A stretch of DNA of 64,000 nt from an uncultured cyanobacterium (GTDB lineage Bacteria > Cyanobacteriota > Cyanobacteriia > Cyanobacteriales > Cyanobacteriaceae). The notes under the pieces were generated by a model. It searched no databases, was not told where the DNA came from, and was given only the letters and a program-made list of their open reading frames with translations. Of this stretch, positions 1-10,576 are shown one piece after another. The first letter of the stretch is position 1. Each line of letters opens with the position of its first letter. The stretch covers positions 640,001 through 704,000 of the forward strand of contig CAVVOP010000008.1 of the NCBI GenBank assembly GCA_963749915.1, read 5' to 3'. The position numbers and the translations under genes are program-made.

Positions 1-750
1 ATAGCCAAATCTGAAGATTGGTTTTATTTGGGGAATCAAACATGGTTAACGGAACATAATATTATGGTTAACGAGATGATCGCCCATCAAGTAGCACAAT
101 TACAAAAAGAAGGTAAAACTGTCATTTATTTAGCTCATAATCATAATATTATCGGTGCCATTGCTTTAACCGATAGCCTCAGAAAAGAAGCCAAAGAAAC
201 CATCGATAAATTACAAAAAATGGGCTTACAAGTGATCATGATCAGCGGAGATCAACCGGAAATAGCCAAAAATATTGCTCACCGACTAGGCATCAAAACT
301 TATTACGGAGGAGTCGCACCCATGGAAAAAAGTGTCTTAATCCAACAAATCCAAGAACAAAACCCCGATCAAATAGTAGCGATGGTAGGTGACGGTGTTA
401 ACGATGCCCCAGCCATGACCACCGCTCAATTTTCCATTGCCATGCCTCAAGGAGCGGAAGTAGCAATTAAAACTGCAGGAATAATACTCACCAGAGGAAA
501 ATTAACCGATGTAATCACCGCCATTAATTTAAGTCAAATTACCCTCACAAAAATTAAACAAAACCTATTTTGGGCTTTAAGTTATAATCTTATCGCAATA
601 CCCATCGCCGCAGGATGTTTATTAGCAAATTACCATATTCTCTTGAATCCCGGCACCGCAGGGGCTTTAATGGCATTAAGTTCGATTTTCGTTGTTAGTA
701 ACTCTTTATTATTAAAATCCCAATTTAAAAAATTTCAACAATTTTCCTAA
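1..750 (+). CDS. Heavy-metal (Cu+-type, P1B) translocating P-type ATPase, C-terminal part; 5' end lies outside the window
   Basis: Frame open from base 1. SGD and MVGDGVNDAPA hinge motifs, QNLFWALSYN and MALSS transmembrane signatures typical of Cu+-ATPases (PacS/CtaA type). Confidence 0.9.
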   Translation: MAKSEDWFYLGNQTWLTEHNIMVNEMIAHQVAQLQKEGKTVIYLAHNHNIIGAIALTDSLRKEAKETIDKLQKMGLQVIMISGDQPEIAKNIAHRLGIKTYYGGVAPMEKSVLIQQIQEQNPDQIVAMVGDGVNDAPAMTTAQFSIAMPQGAEVAIKTAGIILTRGKLTDVITAINLSQITLTKIKQNLFWALSYNLIAIPIAAGCLLANYHILLNPGTAGALMALSSIFVVSNSLLLKSQFKKFQQFS

Positions 751-914
751 AGTTGAGAAATTTAATGATCCTCAAAATAAAACATGGATAAAAAAACCCT
801 CATGATGGATAATAGAAGTGTTCAATACCTAAGTATTTAGACTAAAATAAAAGAAGATCTTCTGAACTTTATAAAGACTTTATATCGATCACTATATTTA
901 CTTAGAACTCTTTA

Positions 915-1349
915 ATGCTACAAAATCCAGCACAACCTCACAAATCGCATATTTTAATCGTCGAAGATGATAAAGGCAGACGAGAAATTCTCCTGAGAAA
1001 AAGTAAATATTCCATCGGCAGGGCCCAACAATCAGATATTAGAATCCATTCTCTCTTTGTCTCCCGTCATCATGCCACCATGATCAGACAATTTGACGAT
1101 CAGGGCTATGCTTATTATGAGATTGTAGATGGAGATGGTTATCAAAAAGGCAGTGCCAACGGTATTCTAGTTAACGGTAGAAAAGTTAGTAACCAACAAC
1201 TAAAACATGGGGATAAAGTAGTTTTTGGTCCACAGGTTTTCATTATCTATCAACATACTCAACGGGATATTTTCCCTTCTTTACCGGATGATCCTTTTGA
1301 CATTACACTAATTGACCCTGCTATGATGGCAAATGAATCGGAAGAGTAG
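915..1349 (+). CDS. FHA domain-containing protein
   Basis: IGR...VSRHHA...SANG FHA motifs. Confidence 0.88.
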   Translation: MLQNPAQPHKSHILIVEDDKGRREILLRKSKYSIGRAQQSDIRIHSLFVSRHHATMIRQFDDQGYAYYEIVDGDGYQKGSANGILVNGRKVSNQQLKHGDKVVFGPQVFIIYQHTQRDIFPSLPDDPFDITLIDPAMMANESEE

Positions 1350-1420
1350 TCATCAACAATTAATCATAACTATTGGTTATAATTTCAAGATGTTAAATAA
1401 ATTATCCCCGACGAAGTTCT

Positions 1421-2590
1421 ATGGTCGTATCGTCAGATATAATCGCCAGTATAGCCAATGATTTAAGTAATTTACAGGAAACAAAAAGAGCTAAAAAATT
1501 AATCTTTTATGTAAGTCAAAGATATTGGGAGTCTGATTTTGCCATAGTGAACAGTTATTCTTTTGAATTTTTACTACAAAGTCTTTATGAAAGTAATCCT
1601 ACTATTGACGACATAAAGGCCCTACTATATCATGCGGTCAATACCCTCAATCGCAAAGAAGTTTACAATAAAATTGCTAACTATATATTTAAAAGAATGT
1701 CAGAGTTGTATAACAACACTGATATGAGTCTTGTTGATCAAAGCGTGAGTCAAGGGGATGAAGATGAATTAATCGATTACATTGTCGAAAATATTCAATA
1801 TCATGAAGAATTCCCCAGAATCAAAAAATTAATTTTCGCTACCTGTAAACAATATTGGGAAAATGATGTCAATGTGATCGAGATGTACGATCTCAGGAAA
1901 TTGTTATTGGAACTACACCAACATTATCCCAGTTCCCGAAGATTAAGAAAAGCCCTTGATGATATCGTTGCCACCATTAACCGTCAAAATTTTTATTCTT
2001 TTATCGCTGATACCATTATGGGGGAATTAACCCCTTTATATCAACACGAAACCAATGAAGTAATATCAGGGGTGGATACTGGGGAACAAGTAGTAGAAAC
2101 TGGATTAATTAAGGCTAAAAGTCACAATACCTCAGATCAACATTCCCAAGCTAATACTGCGGCAAAAGATTCCACCAATATTCAACCCCCCTCTGAATTA
2201 GAAAAATGTGATTCCTCTGACCCAGTGGCTGATATTGTTCCTAGTAGTGTTCCCGAAGGGCAAGTTATTCCTTGGCTTAAAATCGATAATCTTTTTGATC
2301 TCAAACAGGAGATCATGCAATATACGAATCCTCTGCGGGCTAAGATCATTTTATTCTATGCAGTTTATCAGATTGAACCCTCGGAACAACATTGGTCCAT
2401 CGTCCGCACCTGTAGTATAAATGATTTACTAATTAAAATACTTCAGCAGTACGACAAAAATATTAAAACCATTGAGACTCAATTATCACACGTAGCTAAC
2501 TCCAGTATAGAAGGCTTAGAGCCGGAAGATAATGCTCAAGCCGTTAGTGCCATCGTCGAATCTATTAAGCACTTTTATAAAAAGTCATAG
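1421..2590 (+). CDS. Conserved hypothetical protein with an internally repeated helical domain
   Basis: Long ORF. Repeated units KKLIF..(S/C)..YWE(S/N)D...(L/I)NR at about aa 20-95 and 130-205. Confidence 0.7.
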   Translation: MVVSSDIIASIANDLSNLQETKRAKKLIFYVSQRYWESDFAIVNSYSFEFLLQSLYESNPTIDDIKALLYHAVNTLNRKEVYNKIANYIFKRMSELYNNTDMSLVDQSVSQGDEDELIDYIVENIQYHEEFPRIKKLIFATCKQYWENDVNVIEMYDLRKLLLELHQHYPSSRRLRKALDDIVATINRQNFYSFIADTIMGELTPLYQHETNEVISGVDTGEQVVETGLIKAKSHNTSDQHSQANTAAKDSTNIQPPSELEKCDSSDPVADIVPSSVPEGQVIPWLKIDNLFDLKQEIMQYTNPLRAKIILFYAVYQIEPSEQHWSIVRTCSINDLLIKILQQYDKNIKTIETQLSHVANSSIEGLEPEDNAQAVSAIVESIKHFYKKS

Positions 2591-2647
2591 ACATCGACAA
2601 AATCGAAATAAGAGACAATTAAATTATCAATTATCAATTATTGACCT

Positions 2648-3640
2648 ATGGAAGTTAATGAATTTATCGAACGTTATACCTCTGGAGAAAATCGCTTTAC
2701 GGGGGCAATGTTAGCCGGAATCGATCTTGTTGGTGCAGATTTAATTGGTATTATCCTTAATGAGGCTAATTTACAGAAGGCTAATCTAACTTTTTGTTAT
2801 TTAAGCCGTTCTAACTTTAGTCGAGCTAATTTAGTGGAAACTAACTTTAGTGGTGCGAATCTCAATCAGGCTAATTTAGTAGGTGCGGATCTTCATCGTT
2901 GCGAATTGCACGGGGCAATTTTACAAAAAGCCGACATGAGAAATGCACAATTAACTTTAGCCAACTTGTTAGATGCTAATTTAATTGAGGTGGATTTACG
3001 TTTTTCTGACTTAAGTAGTGCCAACCTTAAGGGTTGTTGTTTAAGGGGTGCAAATATGCGTCAAGAAAAGCGCTCTAAACCCACAAACTTAAAAGGTGCT
3101 AATTTAGATGGGGCTGACTTAAAAAGTGCTGATCTTCGGGGTGCAGATTTAACAAATGCGAGTTTAGTGGGTGCGAATCTGCGGGAAGTGAATTTACGAG
3201 GTTGTTTATTAATGGGTGCAGATTTAACCCAAGCTAATTTAAAAGGTGCTTTCTTAACCGATGCAGATTTGACTGGTGCAAAATTAATTGGTGCAAATCT
3301 TTCTAATGTTAAGCTCGAAAGGGCTAATTTCACCGATGCGGATCTGAGCATGATTAACTTAGAAAGTGCAACAATGCCTGATTGTAAATTAATTCGTGCT
3401 AATCTTATTCAAGCAAATATGAGTTTTGCCCGCCTTAACCGTGCGGATTTGAGTCGTGCTAATTTGTATGGTGCTGTTATGCGTAATGCTTCTTTAATGG
3501 AGGTGTTTTTTGCCCGTACTAATCTAACCTCCGCTGATTTAACTAACGCTAATTTAATTGGTGCTGATTTAACCAGTGCCAATATTACTGAGGTTAGTTT
3601 TGAAGGGGCGATTATGCCTGATGGTCAAGTTTATCATTAG
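2648..3640 (+). CDS. Pentapeptide repeat protein
   Basis: Continuous A(D/N)Lxx repeats, N-terminal RYxxGExxF and C-terminal AIMPDG typical of cyanobacterial PRPs. Confidence 0.93.
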   Translation: MEVNEFIERYTSGENRFTGAMLAGIDLVGADLIGIILNEANLQKANLTFCYLSRSNFSRANLVETNFSGANLNQANLVGADLHRCELHGAILQKADMRNAQLTLANLLDANLIEVDLRFSDLSSANLKGCCLRGANMRQEKRSKPTNLKGANLDGADLKSADLRGADLTNASLVGANLREVNLRGCLLMGADLTQANLKGAFLTDADLTGAKLIGANLSNVKLERANFTDADLSMINLESATMPDCKLIRANLIQANMSFARLNRADLSRANLYGAVMRNASLMEVFFARTNLTSADLTNANLIGADLTSANITEVSFEGAIMPDGQVYH

Positions 3641-3710
3641 ACTTGTTGTGGAATTCAGGTAAGTAAAATATTAAGTTTAATGTGTAAATCTAAAATTAAT
3701 CTTCAATTTA

Positions 3711-4427
3711 ATGACTATTAAAAGTAAATCAGAAATTATCTCTCGTTTTCTCACTCCAGCGATTAAATTTTGGTTGCGATCGCAATTATCTACCGTTGAA
3801 GATTTAAAGATGGAAATTCATGCCGGAGATAAACAAATTTTGAGGGGAAAAATCAATGAAGTTTCAGTGCAAACAACTAAGGCCGTTTATCAAGATATTC
3901 ATATCAGTCAAGCCTCCGTTTCCACAGAAAATATTGCGGTGAATTTAGGGGGAATATTAAGAGGAAAACCGTTCAAATTATTACAACCAATCTTTGTTAA
4001 CGGCGAGTTAATTTTAACCATAGACGACCTACAAACTTCTCTTAATTCATCACTTTTAAGTCAAGGCTTAGTGGATTTAGTTGAACTTTTATTAGCACAT
4101 CAAGCCATAGAAGATTACAATAGAATCTTAGCAGAATATGAATTTAATTGGCACAATATCGTCCTGCATAACGATAAATTTGTGTTAAAAGCTATTCTAA
4201 CGAATAAACTCGGGGAAGTATTTAATTTAAGATTAGTCTCTAGTTTGACTTTAAACAATGGGAATACCTTATTATTTAACCCCATTAAAATTGACGGTAT
4301 TCCTTATTTAGACACGATAATTATCAATAATTTTGAAGTCGATTTAGGCACTGATGTAGAATTAGAGCAACTAATTTTAAATAGTGATCAATTATCTTGT
4401 TTAGGAAGAATAAAAGTAGTTAGTTAA
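3711..4427 (+). CDS. DUF2993 / LmeA-like protein
   Basis: PAIKFWLRSQ, QILRGKI, AVYQ, NLGGILRGKPFKLL motifs resembling cyanobacterial DUF2993 proteins. Confidence 0.65.
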   Translation: MTIKSKSEIISRFLTPAIKFWLRSQLSTVEDLKMEIHAGDKQILRGKINEVSVQTTKAVYQDIHISQASVSTENIAVNLGGILRGKPFKLLQPIFVNGELILTIDDLQTSLNSSLLSQGLVDLVELLLAHQAIEDYNRILAEYEFNWHNIVLHNDKFVLKAILTNKLGEVFNLRLVSSLTLNNGNTLLFNPIKIDGIPYLDTIIINNFEVDLGTDVELEQLILNSDQLSCLGRIKVVS

Positions 4428-4573
4428 CAATTAACAATTTTATTCTTGGGAATGTAAATAATTAGCAATTAAACTAGACTTAAAAAATATGGTTAACCTT
4501 CAACTATCAATTATGAACATTTACTGTTAAGTTATAATAAAGTTTAAAGATTTCTTAAGTAAAATAAAAAATT

Positions 4574-5668
4574 ATGTCTGTACTGGCGACCATCGCAGTT
4601 TTAGCTATTTTAATTGTCATTCACGAATTAGGGCATTTTGGGGCGGCAAGATTACAAGGTATCCGCGTCAGTAAATTCTCCATTGGTTTTGGTCCCGTGT
4701 TGGCCAAGCATGATGGAAAGGAAACCGAATACGCATTGAGGGCATTTCCCTTGGGAGGTTATGTTGGTTTTCCTGATGAGGATCCAGAGAGTAATATACC
4801 CTTGGATGATCCCAATTTACTGCGTAACCGTCCAATATTTGATCGAGCGATCGTCATCAGTGCTGGAGTGATAGCTAACCTAATTTTTGCATACTTCTTA
4901 TTAGTTGGTCAAGCGGTGACAGTAGGGGTTCAAGATATAAATTATCAACAGGGTGTATTGATACCGCAAGTTCTCACGGAAGTAAAATCTCCTGCCGCTA
5001 ACGCAGGTTTACAAAACGGTGATGTTATTTTAGCTATCAATAATCAAGTATTTTCCAGCGGTGAAACGGCGATGGAATCCTTGAGAAAAACCATACAAGA
5101 CTCCCCAAATCAGAGTTTAAACTTCACCATCAAAAGAAGCACTAAAACTTTTACTGTGGCTATTACCCCAGAATTGGGAGACAACGGCAAAGGTAAAATC
5201 GGTGTCATGTTAGCACCTAACGGAGAATTAATCAAACGTCGTCCCCATGGTCTTATTGAGGCCTTTACTGTGGGTGCGGAACAATTTGAACGTTATACAA
5301 ACCTGACTCTACAAGGTTTTGGGCAATTAATCACCAATTTTCAAGAAAGTGCAAAACAAGTAGCTGGACCAGTTGCCATCGTAGCTGTAGGTGCAGAATT
5401 AGCGAAAAATGACTTCGGAAACTTATTTCAATTTGGAGCATTAATCAGTATCAACCTTGCCATTATTAATATTTTACCCTTACCTGCCCTTGACGGCGGA
5501 CAATTAGCTTTTTTAGCGGTAGAAGGAATTTTCGGTAAACCCTTACCAAACAAATTACAGGAAGGCATTATGCAAACAGGCTTAGTCTTATTACTAGGTT
5601 TAGGTATCTTTTTAATCCTACGTGACACCGCCAATTTAGCTTTTTTTCAACAACTCTTCCCTGAGTAA
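4574..5668 (+). CDS. rseP: RIP metalloprotease RseP (M50 peptidase with PDZ domain)
   Basis: HELGH zinc motif, FSIGFGP, PLGGYV, PDZ region, NILPLPALDGG. Confidence 0.93.
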   Translation: MSVLATIAVLAILIVIHELGHFGAARLQGIRVSKFSIGFGPVLAKHDGKETEYALRAFPLGGYVGFPDEDPESNIPLDDPNLLRNRPIFDRAIVISAGVIANLIFAYFLLVGQAVTVGVQDINYQQGVLIPQVLTEVKSPAANAGLQNGDVILAINNQVFSSGETAMESLRKTIQDSPNQSLNFTIKRSTKTFTVAITPELGDNGKGKIGVMLAPNGELIKRRPHGLIEAFTVGAEQFERYTNLTLQGFGQLITNFQESAKQVAGPVAIVAVGAELAKNDFGNLFQFGALISINLAIINILPLPALDGGQLAFLAVEGIFGKPLPNKLQEGIMQTGLVLLLGLGIFLILRDTANLAFFQQLFPE

Positions 5669-5785
5669 AAAATAATTGTCTCAATTTTATGTTAATGATT
5701 TAGGTGAACAATTCAGGTTGATAGGAGCATCTTTATCTCTAAATCATCATGAACTTCAGCAAATTTTATTGGGAAAATGACGGTC

Positions 5786-7111
5786 TTACGTTAGCGGTGG
5801 GTTTAAATCCCCCGCTAACCCTCTTCCTGCCTCCTGCCTTTCAACTCCTGCCTTCTTTAAACGATCAGGGATGCCTTGACACCCCCCCGGAATAGTAGAA
5901 CGGGTATATTCTCCACCCCAACAACAACAATAATAACGATTTTCTTCACTGAGGTTTTTTACCCCGCTTAAGTTAGCTTTTTCAATAACAACACCCGTAC
6001 CTTCACCAGTGAGATAACTAGGGGCATGAATACGACTACGAGGAGTCGCGGTATTATAGTTCCCATAAAATAATTTGACACCTTTGAAATCTGCCCTCTC
6101 TAAATTAGCCTCACATAAAATAGTACGAGATAAATTAGTTTTAACCAGATCACATTTACTCAAATCCGTTCGCACCAGATTTGCTTCACTTAAATCAATC
6201 CACCGTAAATCTTGCCCTCTAAAATTACATCCTGCCAAAACAACCCCTAGATGAATTACTCTTGTACCAAATTGACGATCTTCTTCATAACCCCCAGATC
6301 CATCTAAAATTGGTCGCCCTAAATGACTATCTCTTCTCAATGGAGTTATTAAACGAGAACGAGATAAAAACCTTAATATTTTTGCTTTCCCTGATGCATC
6401 GACACTACTTAAAATTGCTGCTGTCCTACCCTCTGCGATCGCCCGTTCTTGAGGCCAATCTTCCAATAAACCATCAGGACCCAAAACTAGATCAGAAATA
6501 CCCTGAAAATAAGCATCAATAGTTTGTTGTTGAGTAATACGATTTTGTTGAATAGTTAAATCCTTAGAAATAACATACTGTTGCCATGCTACATACACCG
6601 CTAACACCGCAATCAAAATTTGCCCCAATGCCCCAACCCATTCAGCCCAAGAACCAAATTCATCATATTTAAAGGTATTTAGCCAGAAACCAACACGGCG
6701 ATATATCCCGAAATAATTTCCCAAAATAGCAACAGCAATTACTAAGCCGACAAAACCCACTAAAGTTTGCCTTTCTTGAGCAGTAAGAAAAAACTTGATC
6801 CATTCTTGAACATTGGGTACAACTTGGATCAAGGCAAAACTAAAAGCTAAAAGAGACCCAGTTAATCCTAACCAATGAATGCCAGAAAAAATACCGACAA
6901 GGGCAACCAATAAGGAGATAATAATCTTACCAGAATAAGATGTTTTTTCTTTCTTGATATAAGTTAGCTGTTTTGGCGGAATATCCCCCGAATTTAATTC
7001 TCCTTGAGGAGAAATAGAAGAATTAACCGGAATAACATTACCTTGGTCATTAGTTTTGTTTGATTTAATTAGATTATTAGACAGATTAGATTTTTCTATT
7101 TTTTCACTCAT
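5786..7111 (-). CDS. Membrane-anchored pentapeptide-repeat protein
   Basis: N-terminal hydrophobic helices, conserved ITQQQTIDAYFQGISDL segment, C-terminal pentapeptide repeats. Confidence 0.82.
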   Translation of the reverse strand: MSEKIEKSNLSNNLIKSNKTNDQGNVIPVNSSISPQGELNSGDIPPKQLTYIKKEKTSYSGKIIISLLVALVGIFSGIHWLGLTGSLLAFSFALIQVVPNVQEWIKFFLTAQERQTLVGFVGLVIAVAILGNYFGIYRRVGFWLNTFKYDEFGSWAEWVGALGQILIAVLAVYVAWQQYVISKDLTIQQNRITQQQTIDAYFQGISDLVLGPDGLLEDWPQERAIAEGRTAAILSSVDASGKAKILRFLSRSRLITPLRRDSHLGRPILDGSGGYEEDRQFGTRVIHLGVVLAGCNFRGQDLRWIDLSEANLVRTDLSKCDLVKTNLSRTILCEANLERADFKGVKLFYGNYNTATPRSRIHAPSYLTGEGTGVVIEKANLSGVKNLSEENRYYCCCWGGEYTRSTIPGGCQGIPDRLKKAGVERQEAGRGLAGDLNPPLT

Positions 7112-7349
7112 GTTTGTGGATGTCGTTCGAGGATCGGTATTTTAAGGTTTTTACTTTATTGTGAGTGGAAGGAAAAACAACTATTAACTATTAATTATTA
7201 ACTATCAATTATCTATTATGTTAGTATCAGAACAGATAAGTCTCTTTTAGTTAAAATTGGCATTAGTTCATTTATTTAATTGAATGAAGTTACATTTTAA
7301 CTTCGGGATTTCCATTCCTTTATAAGTTTTCAGTATAGATTATTAGAAT

Positions 7350-8615
7350 ATGAGCATCACTAAACGTGGACTTGTTCTCGGTGCGACTGCATTGGCCGTA
7401 TCCAGTGTAGCGGTTACAGGCTTTGGACTTCGTTTTTCCCAAAGTCAGGCTTTTTTTCAAGATAGCCCGAAAGAACTAGTAGATGAAGTATGGCAGGTAA
7501 TTAATCGTAAATATGTAGATGCAACTTTTAACGGGGAAGATTGGCGCAAGGTTAGAACCGAATATTTAGATAAAAAATATTCCGATAAAGAACAAGCCTA
7601 CGAAGCCATTCGGGAAATGCTCAAAAAGCTCAACGATCCCTATACTCGCTTCATGAGTCCTGAAGAATTTAAAACCATGCAAATTGATACTTCAGGAGAA
7701 TTAACCGGGGTTGGTATTCAAATTACGAAAGAAGAAGACACGCAAAATATTGTTGTTATTTCTCCCATCGAAGACACTCCAGCTTTTAAGGCTGGGATTG
7801 TTTCTAAAGATATTATCCGGGAAATTGATGGTAAAAGTACCAAGGGAATGGAACTTAATGATGCTGTTTCCATGATTCGAGGTAAACCCGGTACTTCTGT
7901 TAAGATTGTCATTGAAAGAGATGGAAAAAATATCGACTTTACTATCACTAGAGCTAGTATTGAAATTCATCCCGTTAGGGCTAGAATTGACACTAATCAG
8001 GGGTTAGGAAAAGTTGAATATGTTCGCTTGGTTCAATTTAGTGGTAACGCTGCCCAGGAGATGAAACAAGCCATCCTCGATGGAGAAAAAGATAACGTGA
8101 CTGGTTATATTCTTGATTTACGATCGAATCCGGGAGGATTACTATACTCCAGTGTTGAAATTGCCAGAATGTTTATCAACGAGGGTAAAATCGTCTCTAC
8201 CGTTGACAGAGTTGGTGAAGTGGAAGCTCACAGTGCTGATGCTACAGCCTTAACCAGTAAACCCGTAGTTGTTTTGGTCGATGGCGGTTCCGCCAGTGCC
8301 AGTGAAATTCTTTCGGGAGCATTACAAGATCATAAGCGAGCTACAGTCGTCGGTACACAAACCTTTGGCAAAGGCTTAGTACAATCCGTCAGAGGATTAG
8401 GGGATGGTTCTGGTTTAGCGGTGACGATCGCCAAATATCTCACCCCTGATGGCAGAGATATTAATAAATATGGTATCACTCCTGATATAGTTTATGAGAT
8501 GACTGAACAAGAAAAAGAAGTCTTAATCAAAGATCGAACAAAAGTTGGCACCATCGAGGATGCACAATTTAAAAAGGCCATGGAAATTTTGTCTCAAGAA
8601 ATAGCCAAAAAATAA
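7350..8615 (+). CDS. ctpC: Carboxyl-terminal processing protease (S41, CtpC-like)
   Basis: DPYTRF, PDZ GVGI, LDLRSNPGG, SASASEI catalytic Ser, TFGKG. The N-terminus MxITKRGLVLGATA suggests the CtpC paralog; the family call is firmer than the paralog call. Confidence 0.8.
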   Translation: MSITKRGLVLGATALAVSSVAVTGFGLRFSQSQAFFQDSPKELVDEVWQVINRKYVDATFNGEDWRKVRTEYLDKKYSDKEQAYEAIREMLKKLNDPYTRFMSPEEFKTMQIDTSGELTGVGIQITKEEDTQNIVVISPIEDTPAFKAGIVSKDIIREIDGKSTKGMELNDAVSMIRGKPGTSVKIVIERDGKNIDFTITRASIEIHPVRARIDTNQGLGKVEYVRLVQFSGNAAQEMKQAILDGEKDNVTGYILDLRSNPGGLLYSSVEIARMFINEGKIVSTVDRVGEVEAHSADATALTSKPVVVLVDGGSASASEILSGALQDHKRATVVGTQTFGKGLVQSVRGLGDGSGLAVTIAKYLTPDGRDINKYGITPDIVYEMTEQEKEVLIKDRTKVGTIEDAQFKKAMEILSQEIAKK

Positions 8616-8635
8616 TTAACAATTAACAATTAACA
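8613..8635. repeat. Short tandem heptamer repeat (AATTAAC)n, STRR-like; similar tracts near 4424, 13828 and 62450
   Basis: aattaacaattaacaattaac directly after the stop codon. Confidence 0.6.
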
Positions 8636-8769
8636 TTTCTCCACCATATCCCTCAATTAGAAAGAAAATCCCTTCTATAGATTGTTAAGAACTGTTAAGA
8701 ATAATGACTGCAGTGTTTAATTAATCAAAATTTTCTGCAATTTAGACATTTATCATCACAAATAACCCT

Positions 8770-10281
8770 ATGGCTAGAGATTTGCGTGGATTTATTAAAC
8801 TATTAGAAGAAAAAGGACAACTAAAACGTATTAAAATAGAGGTTGACTCGGATTTAGAAATTGCGGAGATCGCTAATAGGATGTTGCAGGCAGGGGGACC
8901 AGGGTTGCTGTTTGAAAATGTTAAAAATTCTCCTTTCCCCATCGCTGTGAATCTATTAGGCACTTTACAACGGGTTTGTTGGGCGATGAAAATGGAAAAT
9001 CCCCAAGAATTAGAAGAATTAGGTAAAAAATTGGGGATGTTGCAACAACCAAAACCACCGAAAAAAATTAGTCAGGCGATCGATTTTGGTAAAGTGTTGT
9101 TTGATGTGGTGAAAGCCAAACCAAGTAGAGACTTTTTCCCCCCTTGTCAGCAGATGGTTATGGAAGAGAAAGATTTAGACTTAAACTTATTACCCCTAAT
9201 TCGCCCTTATCCCAAAGATGCAGGGAAAATTATTACTTTAGGGCTAGTTATCACCAAAGATTGCGAAACTGGTACGCCGAACGTTGGAGTTTATCGTTTA
9301 CAGTTACAATCTGACACAACCATGACGATACATTGGTTGTCTGTGAGAGGTGGTGCAAGACATCTACGAAAAGCGGCTTTAATGGGCAAAAAGTTGGAAG
9401 TTGCCATCGCCCTTGGAGTTGATCCTTTAATTATTTTAGCGGCGGCTACTCCCATTCCTGTGGACTTATCAGAGTGGTTATTTGCCGGATTATATGGTGG
9501 ATCTGGGGTAAAATTAGCTAAATGCAAAACCCTTGATTTAGAAGTACCTGCGGATTCTGAATTTATCTTAGAAGGTACAATTACACCAGGAGAAATGTTA
9601 CCCGATGGTCCTTTTGGCGATCACATGGGTTATTATGGTGGGGTGGAAGATTCTCCTCTAGTGCGTTTTCACTGCATGACACACCGTAAAGATCCTGTTT
9701 ATCTTACTACCTTTAGTGGAAGACCACCCAAAGAAGAAGCGATGATGGCGATCGCTCTCAATCGTATCTATACCCCCATTTTACGACAACAGGTATCGGA
9801 GATCACAGACTTTTTCTTACCGATGGAAGCATTAAGCTATAAAGCGGCGGTGATTTCCATTGATAAAGCCTACCCAGGACAAGCAAAACGTGCGGCTATG
9901 GCTTTTTGGAGTGCTTTACCCCAATTTACCTACACAAAATTCGTGATAATTGTCGATAAGGAAATCAATATCAGAGATCCTCGTCAAGTAGTGTGGGCGA
10001 TTACTTCCAAAGTTGACCCCGTGCGAGATGTCTTTATCTTACCAGAAACTCCTTTTGACACCCTTGATTTTGCCAGTGAAAAAATCGGCTTGGGGGGGAG
10101 AATGGCGATAGATGCTACTACTAAGATATATCCCGAAACGGATCATCAATGGGGGGAAGTCTTAGAATCTGATGAAGCCATCTCTGAAAAAGTAACTCAA
10201 AGATGGGCAGAATATGGCTTAGGAGAGTTAAACTTGGGGGAAATCAATCCTAATCTATTCGGCTACGAAATCAAAGTCTAA
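8770..10281 (+). CDS. ubiD: UbiD family decarboxylase (4-hydroxy-3-prenylbenzoate decarboxylase, plastoquinone pathway)
   Basis: DLRGFI start, NVGVYR, DGPFGDHMGYY, IDATTK motifs. Confidence 0.92.
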   Translation: MARDLRGFIKLLEEKGQLKRIKIEVDSDLEIAEIANRMLQAGGPGLLFENVKNSPFPIAVNLLGTLQRVCWAMKMENPQELEELGKKLGMLQQPKPPKKISQAIDFGKVLFDVVKAKPSRDFFPPCQQMVMEEKDLDLNLLPLIRPYPKDAGKIITLGLVITKDCETGTPNVGVYRLQLQSDTTMTIHWLSVRGGARHLRKAALMGKKLEVAIALGVDPLIILAAATPIPVDLSEWLFAGLYGGSGVKLAKCKTLDLEVPADSEFILEGTITPGEMLPDGPFGDHMGYYGGVEDSPLVRFHCMTHRKDPVYLTTFSGRPPKEEAMMAIALNRIYTPILRQQVSEITDFFLPMEALSYKAAVISIDKAYPGQAKRAAMAFWSALPQFTYTKFVIIVDKEINIRDPRQVVWAITSKVDPVRDVFILPETPFDTLDFASEKIGLGGRMAIDATTKIYPETDHQWGEVLESDEAISEKVTQRWAEYGLGELNLGEINPNLFGYEIKV

Positions 10282-10316
10282 ATGATGGGTGTTTTTGAAT
10301 GATTTTTAATTCTGGC

Positions 10317-10513
10317 GGCGATGTTCAAAAAGGGGGAATTTTAGGTAACACAAGCAGGTCAAATTGAGCCAAGTGAAAACTTAGCTTGAAGGACGGCAGT
10401 ATTGTTTTCGAAGTCAAACGGTCAGGCTCGTTGAAATCTTTCAAAGCCAAGCATTTGTTCTGTTCCGCCGACTGATTTTTGGCGCTTTGTGTAACCCTGT
10501 TTTGAACATCGCC
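10317..10513. mobile_element. MITE-like element of 197 bp with terminal inverted repeats
   Basis: GGCGATGTTCAAAA at 10317-10330 and its exact reverse complement TTTTGAACATCGCC at 10500-10513. No intact ORF; no target-site duplication seen. Confidence 0.65.
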
Positions 10514-10576
10514 TAAAACGGTTATTTTATCTCCTCAAGAAATTGATGAAAATGAAAATCAAAATCAAAATCAAAA

